Below are positions 19,414-26,611 of a stretch of DNA of 64,000 nt, piece by piece. Source of the DNA: an uncultured Zetaproteobacteria bacterium (GTDB lineage Bacteria > Pseudomonadota > Zetaproteobacteria > Mariprofundales > Mariprofundaceae); contig CAYWFG010000008.1 in assembly GCA_964458185.1 (NCBI GenBank), positions 2,843 through 66,842 on the forward strand, in the 5' to 3' direction. Below the pieces are notes generated by a model. It had not been told where the DNA came from. It saw only the letters and a program-made list of their open reading frames with translations, and searched no databases. Made by a program: the position numbers and the translations under genes. Numbering within the stretch: position 1 is the first letter of the stretch; the number at the start of each line of letters is the position of its first letter.

Positions 19414-20844
19414 CTACCGAAACAAGCGCATTAACAAACCCACCACACGGCGCATGCGCTCTGAAAATATTCGCGCTGTATAAAAACTGCCTGCAATGCG
19501 CTTGTTGACCTCACTCAATGTTGGGTAAGGTGCAATTGCTGCTGCCATCGCACTAATTTTTAATTGCTCATTGATCGCCAACACCCATGGTTGAATCAAT
19601 TCCCCTGCATGCAAGCTGGCAATCGTTGCCCCTAAAATACGACCGTTCGGACGGACGATAACCTTAACCAAGCCTTCGGTTCTGCGCTCTGCCTGCGCCC
19701 GATCATTATCAGCAAACGACCAATGCAACACACGATGCTTGATGCCTTGTTTTTGCGCATCGGATGCTGCAAGACCAACATGCGCCAATTCTGGGTCGGT
19801 ATACGTCACCCAAGGAACCGCTTGGTAACGCACCTTCACTGGCCATTTAAACAATATATTGCGCAGCACAATCCCTGCTTGATACGCTGCCATGTGGGTG
19901 AACTGGTAAGGTCCCACAACATCACCCATGGCAAAAACACGAGGGTTGCTGGTGCGCAACGACGCATTCACCGTGATACCACGGTCAGTATAATCAACCC
20001 CTGCTTGTGCTAACGCTAAACCATGAACATTGGCGCGCCGCCCTGTGGCAATCAACACATGCGAGCCAGTCGTGCATTGGGTAATTCCATCCATCTCACA
20101 AAACACTTGAATATCGCCTGAAGGCAAGGCTTCAAAACGAATGTTGCGCCCCCCTTCATAAAATTGTATGCCCTCTTCTTGCAAGCGTTGAATCACCACA
20201 GCCGCAGCATCAGGATCACCTTTAACCAATAACCGAACTACTTCCATCACCGTAACATCAGCCCCTAAGCGGCGAGAGGCTTGTGCCAATTCCATGCCAA
20301 TAGGACCACCACCAACCACAATTAAATGAGAAATAGATTTTTTTTGATTAAAAATATTTTCATTGGTGAAAAAAGGAATCGTTTCCAAGCCTTTAATCGG
20401 GGGAATAAAAGGAGAAGAGCCTGTCGCTACAACAATATATTTAGCGTGAACCGTCACCTCACCCGCTTGAATGCATTGCTTGCCAACAAAGCTGGCTGCC
20501 GCCTGAATCACGCGCACACCCAACGCTTCAAAACGTGCCACCGAATCATTCGGTGCAATGGCAGCAATCACCGATTGTACATGATCATGCACTGCCGCAT
20601 AATCAACAGTGATGGAATCTACACGAACACCAAAGGCTGGTGCATCTCGAATATGTGCCGTTTTTTCAGCGGCTGCGAGCAAAGCCTTGGAAGGAACACA
20701 GCCTGTATTGAGGCAATCGCCCCCCATCGCGCCTTTTTCAATCAGCACTACACTAGCACCCATTTGCACAGCACCTGCAGCTAGGGTTAACCCACTAGAA
20801 CCTGCTCCAATAATACAAACATCAACATGAATTACTTCCCCCAT
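19414..20844 (-). CDS. class I pyridine nucleotide-disulfide oxidoreductase (Lpd/MerA-core-like flavoprotein); not a bona fide MerA
   Basis: GAGSSG FAD motif and redox disulfide GGDCLNTGCVPSK. C-terminal APYPTLSE has Tyr where Lpd/GR have the catalytic His. No NmerA domain and no C-terminal Cys pair. Confidence 0.75.
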   Translation of the reverse strand: MGEVIHVDVCIIGAGSSGLTLAAGAVQMGASVVLIEKGAMGGDCLNTGCVPSKALLAAAEKTAHIRDAPAFGVRVDSITVDYAAVHDHVQSVIAAIAPNDSVARFEALGVRVIQAAASFVGKQCIQAGEVTVHAKYIVVATGSSPFIPPIKGLETIPFFTNENIFNQKKSISHLIVVGGGPIGMELAQASRRLGADVTVMEVVRLLVKGDPDAAAVVIQRLQEEGIQFYEGGRNIRFEALPSGDIQVFCEMDGITQCTTGSHVLIATGRRANVHGLALAQAGVDYTDRGITVNASLRTSNPRVFAMGDVVGPYQFTHMAAYQAGIVLRNILFKWPVKVRYQAVPWVTYTDPELAHVGLAASDAQKQGIKHRVLHWSFADNDRAQAERRTEGLVKVIVRPNGRILGATIASLHAGELIQPWVLAINEQLKISAMAAAIAPYPTLSEVNKRIAGSFYTARIFSERMRRVVGLLMRLFR

Positions 20845-20982
20845 ACTAACATCCCCTTTTCGACAGTTATATTAACAAGAGTCGTGCCTTTTGGCAAAGC
20901 ATTACAATGAATAATTGATGATTAGAGCCTTGTTTCCAATATCAATATGCTTTAAAAAGGTCAAGTGCGTAAGATCAGTTAA

Positions 20983-21336
20983 TCACCGAATCGGGCATGG
21001 CGGACAACAACAATCAAACGCTTCTTTAGTGCGTATACGGTACAATGTATCGACAGGGAAAACAGCCACCAAACCATCGCCTGATTGCCCCGTGTAAGCC
21101 GTCTCCATAATACATTGGGCAATGCTATCGGTTTCAGATGCATCGCAAAAAATTTCAATTTGCGCATGGTTGCACATCATGTCTTCTCGATAATAATCGT
21201 GGTATTCACCATAACCACGCACCTGTGTGACACTGATGCCAGAGACATTGATGTCACGCAATGCCGCTTCAACTTTTTTTAACACCAAACTGCTGATCAC
21301 AGCGGTAATACGTTTATAATTCACATGGTCATTCAT
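20983..21336 (-). CDS. PII (GlnB)-superfamily protein of the heavy-metal-efflux-linked type, with a Cys-rich C-terminal tail
   Basis: KRITAVISSLVLKKVEAALRDINVSGISVTQVRGYGE...GDGLVAVFPVDTLYRIRT has PII topology. The T-loop is short and non-canonical. Tail is FDCCCPPCPIR. GGGAG Shine-Dalgarno before ATG 21336. Confidence 0.7.
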   Translation of the reverse strand: MNDHVNYKRITAVISSLVLKKVEAALRDINVSGISVTQVRGYGEYHDYYREDMMCNHAQIEIFCDASETDSIAQCIMETAYTGQSGDGLVAVFPVDTLYRIRTKEAFDCCCPPCPIR

Positions 21337-21403
21337 GATTAAAACTCCCTCTTTCATCAAATGTGCAAGCCATGAGTCACCATAGCTTGCACAAATTCAC
21401 CCT

Positions 21404-21907
21404 TTATTTATTATCAGGGTATTTCACACCGATAAAATGTTTGCCACCATCTTCGGTTTTAAACAACACCATGATCTTGTGTTGCCCTGGGTGGTCAAGC
21501 TCATAGCCTGCCATATACCAATCGCCCATTTTCATCATCATCTTGGATTCTGATTTGTCGTTGGGGTGGGTAACTTTAGAGTTCACCGCTTGTAAGCCAA
21601 CAACAGCACCATCTTTTTCAACTTTAACCATCAAGTGGAACGAACCACCGTGTGCCATACCTTCAGGGGCTTTCATGACATGAAAGCTTACTGTGTAACC
21701 ATCGACATCAGCCTTTTCCAGATACGTCCCTTTTTTCATGCCACCATCATGGCTCATCTCGCCCTTCATGTGACCGTCATGCATGTTGCATGGGTTGTGG
21801 GCATGCCCTTCGCCATGGGCATGATCGCCTGTTGCCCACGCGCTTGGCATGGCAAGGCTGGCGGCAAACAATGCCGCTGCTGTTAATAACATCCGTGTTT
21901 TTTTCAT
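21404..21907 (-). CDS. periplasmic His/Met-rich putative Cu/Ag-binding protein
   Basis: Signal peptide ending SAWA. Mature N-terminus TGDHAHGEGHAHNPCNMHDGHMKGEMSHDGGM. Beta-rich body carries an MMMKM patch. AAGGAG Shine-Dalgarno. Confidence 0.55.
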   Translation of the reverse strand: MKKTRMLLTAAALFAASLAMPSAWATGDHAHGEGHAHNPCNMHDGHMKGEMSHDGGMKKGTYLEKADVDGYTVSFHVMKAPEGMAHGGSFHLMVKVEKDGAVVGLQAVNSKVTHPNDKSESKMMMKMGDWYMAGYELDHPGQHKIMVLFKTEDGGKHFIGVKYPDNK

Positions 21908-21916
21908 GTAAACTCC

Positions 21917-22064
21917 TTAGTGTTCATGTTTTAAAATATAAGGCTTTGAATCCTGATGGGTTTCAGGATCGCCTGTGTGTTCCCAGCCTTTACTGTCGTG
22001 AAGGCCAGTGCAACCCATTAACAACGCCGAGAGAAAAACTACCAATATAATCGTTTTATCCATT
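21917..22064 (-). pseudogene. small (48-aa if repaired) lipoprotein gene interrupted by a 1-nt frameshift in a T-run
   Basis: AAGGAG lies 7 nt before ATG 22064. Frame 1 gives MDKTIILVVFLSALFNGLHWPSRQ*. Skipping one T at 22020-22022 gives MDKTIILVVFLSALLMGCTGLHDSKGWEHTGDPETHQDSKPYILKHEH*, which ends exactly at the next gene's Shine-Dalgarno. The out-of-frame part aligns with the intact mini-lipoprotein at 23259-23405. Confidence 0.5.
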
Positions 22065-22086
22065 TCTCACTCCTTGTTTTATGCTC

Positions 22087-22695
22087 TTATTTCACCGCAC
22101 CAAACGGCAAAACCCGTGCGAAAGGTCGATGCCCAGCGCGCATGTGCATCAATGCCATAAACACATGCCCAATCACATACAGCCATAATAATTTAGATAA
22201 CAATGAATGGCTGCTAAGCAATAGCTCCATGCCTTGTGAGATATGCTCATGGCTATGCCCACTTGGTTCACTGGTGAACCAAATAATGGTTCCTGTAATC
22301 GCCATACCTGCCATCACCAATAACCCCAGCATTTCAATAATCATGGATAAGGCATTATTGGGTTGAATAAATACAGACTTGCCGAGCAATGCAGCAGGCA
22401 GCTTGCCAAGCACTACTTTTGCATCGTGCCAATGTTGTAGCGACAAAAGCACTGCCATTTGTCGTTTGTTTTGCTCACCACGCATAACAATTGCCCACAG
22501 CACATTCGCCAATACAATGACCGCAACAATTAAGCCATCCAGTTGATGCAAACTCATCAAAAGATTGCCAAAGGGTGTGCCATGATCGTCAGGGTGTGAC
22601 ATCAATAAACTGCTTGATAGTTGAAACAGCACGCCAACAATCAAGCCTGCATGCAGCCAACGGGTGGTGACATGATAACCTTGCATAGTCATCAA
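22087..22695 (-). CDS. cytochrome b561-family membrane protein
   Basis: Four TM helices with conserved His positions (TRWLHAGL..., HQLDG..., HVFMALMH). The ATG overlaps the DUF411 stop (ATGA). Confidence 0.6.
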   Translation of the reverse strand: MMTMQGYHVTTRWLHAGLIVGVLFQLSSSLLMSHPDDHGTPFGNLLMSLHQLDGLIVAVIVLANVLWAIVMRGEQNKRQMAVLLSLQHWHDAKVVLGKLPAALLGKSVFIQPNNALSMIIEMLGLLVMAGMAITGTIIWFTSEPSGHSHEHISQGMELLLSSHSLLSKLLWLYVIGHVFMALMHMRAGHRPFARVLPFGAVK

Positions 22696-23180
22696 TAGTG
22701 CGCGAAGACTTCTGTTTTTCCGCTGCCGTTAAACGACAATACATCATAGCCTTCGGTGGGTAAGCCTTCTTTTTGCATGCCTGGTGATTTCATCGGCATG
22801 CCAGGGGCAGTAAGCCCCACAATATCAGGACGTTCTTTTAATAAACGTGCCACGTCTTTGGCTGGGACATGACCTTCTATAATATAACCGCCAATCAATG
22901 CCGTATGGCATGATTCCAATGATTTAGGTACGCCGTATTGTTTTTTGATGGCATTCATATTGTCACGTTTGTGTTCGGTGACGGTAAAGCCTGCTTGACG
23001 CATATGGCTTGCCCAATCACCGCAACAGCCACAGGTCGGGGATTTGTACATATCAATGGTTTGACCATTTGATTGTGCCACCGTTGTTGTTTTTTCTTCG
23101 GCTATTGCGGTATTCACCGCATAGGCTGTAAATAACATTGCCATCATAGCAAATAAGCCAGTTTTTTGATAAAGTTTCAT
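22692..23180 (-). CDS. copG: DUF411 / CopG-family periplasmic copper-binding protein
   Basis: SPTCGCCGDWASHM Cys cluster and GYIIEGHVPA...APGMPMKSPGM. Signal peptide from MKLYQKTG (ATG 23180, AAGGAA Shine-Dalgarno). Confidence 0.8.
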   Translation of the reverse strand: MKLYQKTGLFAMMAMLFTAYAVNTAIAEEKTTTVAQSNGQTIDMYKSPTCGCCGDWASHMRQAGFTVTEHKRDNMNAIKKQYGVPKSLESCHTALIGGYIIEGHVPAKDVARLLKERPDIVGLTAPGMPMKSPGMQKEGLPTEGYDVLSFNGSGKTEVFAHY

Positions 23181-23206
23181 GGTGTTCCTTTTGGTTTTTA
23201 TCTGTG

Positions 23207-23240
23207 CTTTTGCTCCCACACAAGCGCATGGAAGCAAAAG
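23207..23240 (-). other. intercistronic stem-loop (11-bp stem) between the mini-lipoprotein gene and copG
   Basis: On the mRNA strand, CTTTTGCTTCC pairs with GGGAGCAAAAG around a 12-nt loop. No U-tract follows. Confidence 0.5.
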
Positions 23241-23258
23241 TAAGGGATTCAATGGTCG

Positions 23259-23405
23259 TTAGCGAATAATATCAAATGAGCGGTCATGTGCATTTTTACC
23301 TGTATGCTTCATCGTTGTGCCATCAGCATTATCGTGTGTATTGGCACAAGCACCCAAACTGAGGGTAAACATCAGCATCATCGCCATCATTATATATTTT
23401 TTCAT
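23259..23405 (-). CDS. unannotated 48-aa lipoprotein (absent from the ORF track)
   Basis: MKKYIMMAMMLMFTLSLGACANTHDNADGTTMKHTGKNAHDRSFDIIR. Lipobox is LGAC. AAGGAG lies 8 nt upstream, inside the end of cusA2. The ATG overlaps the cusA2 stop (ATGA). Confidence 0.65.
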   Translation of the reverse strand: MKKYIMMAMMLMFTLSLGACANTHDNADGTTMKHTGKNAHDRSFDIIR

Positions 23406-26400
23406 ACGTCACTCTCCTTTACCATCGATTTTTCTTGCCATTGCAGCAATAAACCATACACAGCAGGCAATACCACAAGGCAAAGAATGGTAGTTGTTAC
23501 CATACCACCAATCATGGGCGCTGCAATGCGTTGCATCACACTGGAACCTGTGCCATCGCCCCACATAATCGGTAACAAACCTGCAATCACTGCCGTGGCA
23601 GTCATGGCAATGGGGCGCACCCGTTGCGCTGTGCCTTGGAGAACAGCGGCATACATTTCTTTTGGCTCTAATGGGCGTTGCAATACTTTACGCTTTTCAT
23701 CCACGGTTTGTGCAATGAACGTTAATACCAACACGCCAATTTCTGCGGCGACACCTGCCAGCGCGATAAAACCTACACCGACGGCAACACTTAAATTATA
23801 ATCCAGCAGATAAATCAACCAAATACCGCCGACCATGGCAAACGGCACAGAAACCATCACCACCAAGGGTTCGGTTAAGCGTTGAAAGTTAAAGTACAAT
23901 AGCAAGAAAATAAGCAACAACACCAATGGTGCAACAATTTGCATCCTTGCCTTGGCACGCTGCATGTATTCGTATTGCCCTGACCATATCACATTATAAC
24001 CTGCTGGAATTTTCACTTTTTCGGCTACAATTTGTTGTGCCTTAGTCACATAACCGCCAATATCGGAAGTTTTGATGTCCACATAAATCCATGTATCCAG
24101 CAACGAATCTTCACTTTTAATCACGGGTGGGCCACGGGTTAATGATAAATCTGCAACCAATGACAGAGGAATTTGCTCACCGTGGGGCGTGGGAATCAAT
24201 ACCCGTTTGAGTGCCTCAGGTGAATCACGCACTTCACGCGCATAACGCAGGTTCACAGGGTAGCGTTCCAACCCTTCCACGGTTTTGGTGATGTTCATGC
24301 CACCAATGGCTGATTGAATGACATCTTGCACGTCACCCACGGTTAAACCATAGCGCGAAGCTTCTTTGCGGTTGATTTTAATATCGTAATAATACCCACC
24401 CACCGCACGATCCCCCATCGCAGTTTGGGTTTCAGGTAGCATTTTTAACACGCCTTCAATCTCTTTGCCCAGACGTTGCAACTCTTCAAGGTTATCACCC
24501 ACGATCTTGATGCCTACAGGGGTTTTGATGCCTGTAGAAAGCATGTCGATCCGTGTTTTTATCGGGTATGTCCACGCATTGGCAATACCGGGGAAGTTGA
24601 TGGCTTGATCCATTTCCTTCATCAATTCCTTGCTGGTTTTTTCAGGATTTGGCCATGCTTCATGCGGTTTTAGATGAATGGTGGTTTCCATCATCGATAA
24701 CGATGCAGGGTCAGTCGCGGACTCTGCTCGCCCTACTTTACCAAATACCGTTTCCACTTCAGGAAACCGTTTGAGTATTTGATCGGTACGCTGCAAAATC
24801 TCTTTTGCCTTGGTAATAGAAATACCAGGGAATGCCGTCGGCATATACAAAATATCGCCTTCATCCAGTGGCGGCATGAACTCGCTGCCCAGCTTGCTTA
24901 ACGGGTACGCACCACTGACCAGCAGCACCACGGCAATCATCATGGTCATCCATTTAAAACGCATCGCCACCGTTAAAATGGGGGTGTGCAACCATTGCAA
25001 AAAACGATTGATCGGGTTTTTATGCTCAGGCATGATTTTTCCGCGAATAAAATAGCCCATCAACAAAGGAACCAAGGTAATCGCCAAAATCGCCGCTGCT
25101 GCCATCGAATAGGTTGCGGTAAACGCCAATGGTTTAAACAAACGCCCTTCTTGTGCTTCCAGCGCAAAAATCGCCAAATAAGACACCGTGATAATCAACA
25201 AAGAGAAAAACAACGCAGGGGCAACTTCTTTGGAGGCCGTGCCAATCGCTGCCCAATGTTCTTTGTTGTTGAGTGCACCGCCTTTTTGTTGCGTTCGCTG
25301 CTCCAGATGCTTGTGGGCATTTTCGATTAACACAATCGCGCCATCAACCATTGCCCCGAGCGTAATTGCGATACCACCCAACGACATAATGTTCGCGGCA
25401 AGCCCTTGGGTTTGCATCAAAATAAAGGCAATCAACACCCCCAAAGGCAAGGTGATAATCGCCACCAAGGCAGAGCGGGCATGCATGAGAAACAACAAGC
25501 AAACCAGCCCAATAACAATAAATTCTTCAATCAGTTTTTCTTTTAAATTGTCCACAGCGCGTTCAATTAAGCCGCTGCGGTCATAAACAGGAATAATCTC
25601 TACGCCTTCGGGAAGCCCTTTGCGTAATTCATCGAGTTTTTCTTTCACCGCATTGATGGTGGCTAAAGCATTTTCACCAAAGCGCATAATCACCACGCCG
25701 CCAGCGACTTCACCTTCGCCATTTAGCTCAACCAATCCACGGCGTAATTCAGGGCCTAAATGCACATGGGCTATATCACGAATACGAATCGGCGTACCCG
25801 TAGTGTTTGAACCAACAGGAATATCATTGATGTCTTCAATGCTTTGTATATAGCCTAATCCACGCACCATGTATTCGGTTTCAGACATTTCGAGTAAGCG
25901 TCCACCAACATCGTTGTTGGAGCGTTTGATCGCATATTTGACGGCAGATAATGGAATATTGTATGCCAGCAAAGCATCAGGATCGACTTCCACTTGGTAC
26001 TGTTTAACAAAACCACCAATGGAGGCGACTTCAGATACGCCATTAACGGTTTGCAAGCGGTAGCGTAGATACCAGTCTTGAATGGAGCGCAGTTGGGATA
26101 AATCATGTTTGCCTGTTTTATCAATCAAAGCATATTCATAGACCCAACCGACACCCGTGGCATCAGGGCCTAATGTAGGGGTTACGCCTTCGGGTAAAAA
26201 CTTGGAAGCATAATTAAGGAATTCTAACACACGGCTACGCGCCCAATACATATCGGTGCCATCTTCAAAAATGATGTAAACGAACGAAAAGCCAAAAAAT
26301 GAATAACCACGCACTGTTTTTGTTTTGGGTACGGCAAGCATGGCAGTGGTTAAAGGGTAGGTGACTTGGTCTTCGATCACTTGTGGGGCTTGACCGGGGA

Positions 26401-26557
26401 ATTCAGTGAAAACGATAACTTGGACATCCGATAAATCAGGGATGGCATCTAGGGGAATGGTTTTGACTGCCCATAAACCACCTAGGAATAATAGCATGGT
26501 TGCCATTAATACTAAAAATGGTTTTTTTAATGAGATGTCTACGATATTTTGGATCAT
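23402..26557 (-). CDS. cusA: CusA-type (monovalent Cu/Ag) heavy-metal-efflux RND permease, copy 2
   Basis: 1051 aa. TM4 motif LGAMVDGAIVLIEN (A-x5-D-x6-E, Cu/Ag type). Met triad contexts conserved (ILYMPT, SLSMMETT, RIDMLSTG). Confidence 0.9.
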   Translation of the reverse strand: MIQNIVDISLKKPFLVLMATMLLFLGGLWAVKTIPLDAIPDLSDVQVIVFTEFPGQAPQVIEDQVTYPLTTAMLAVPKTKTVRGYSFFGFSFVYIIFEDGTDMYWARSRVLEFLNYASKFLPEGVTPTLGPDATGVGWVYEYALIDKTGKHDLSQLRSIQDWYLRYRLQTVNGVSEVASIGGFVKQYQVEVDPDALLAYNIPLSAVKYAIKRSNNDVGGRLLEMSETEYMVRGLGYIQSIEDINDIPVGSNTTGTPIRIRDIAHVHLGPELRRGLVELNGEGEVAGGVVIMRFGENALATINAVKEKLDELRKGLPEGVEIIPVYDRSGLIERAVDNLKEKLIEEFIVIGLVCLLFLMHARSALVAIITLPLGVLIAFILMQTQGLAANIMSLGGIAITLGAMVDGAIVLIENAHKHLEQRTQQKGGALNNKEHWAAIGTASKEVAPALFFSLLIITVSYLAIFALEAQEGRLFKPLAFTATYSMAAAAILAITLVPLLMGYFIRGKIMPEHKNPINRFLQWLHTPILTVAMRFKWMTMMIAVVLLVSGAYPLSKLGSEFMPPLDEGDILYMPTAFPGISITKAKEILQRTDQILKRFPEVETVFGKVGRAESATDPASLSMMETTIHLKPHEAWPNPEKTSKELMKEMDQAINFPGIANAWTYPIKTRIDMLSTGIKTPVGIKIVGDNLEELQRLGKEIEGVLKMLPETQTAMGDRAVGGYYYDIKINRKEASRYGLTVGDVQDVIQSAIGGMNITKTVEGLERYPVNLRYAREVRDSPEALKRVLIPTPHGEQIPLSLVADLSLTRGPPVIKSEDSLLDTWIYVDIKTSDIGGYVTKAQQIVAEKVKIPAGYNVIWSGQYEYMQRAKARMQIVAPLVLLLIFLLLYFNFQRLTEPLVVMVSVPFAMVGGIWLIYLLDYNLSVAVGVGFIALAGVAAEIGVLVLTFIAQTVDEKRKVLQRPLEPKEMYAAVLQGTAQRVRPIAMTATAVIAGLLPIMWGDGTGSSVMQRIAAPMIGGMVTTTILCLVVLPAVYGLLLQWQEKSMVKESDV

Positions 26558-26581
26558 TGTTTTGCTCCTTTTCGGCTATGC

Positions 26582-26603
26582 GGGCAGGCACATAGGCCTG
26601 CCC
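26582..26603. repeat. GC-rich hairpin element GGGCAGGC-ACATAG-GCCTGCCC between cusA1 and cusA2
   Basis: Read directly. A near-identical copy in opposite orientation lies at 29781-29802. Confidence 0.6.
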
Positions 26604-26611
26604 CTACGGGG

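Noticed and set aside
19414-20844. Calling the flavoprotein mercuric reductase (merA)
   Set aside because: It has no NmerA metal-binding domain and no C-terminal Cys-Cys pair. There are no merR, merT or merP genes nearby. I kept it at family level.
23286-23801. 171-aa plus-strand ORF, along with many other 60-190-aa ORFs antisense to cusA1, cusA2, cusB, secY, tuf, fusA and ribosomal protein genes
   Set aside because: They lie entirely inside long, well-supported genes on the opposite strand. They lack Shine-Dalgarno sequences and have low-complexity or odd compositions. They are shadow ORFs.
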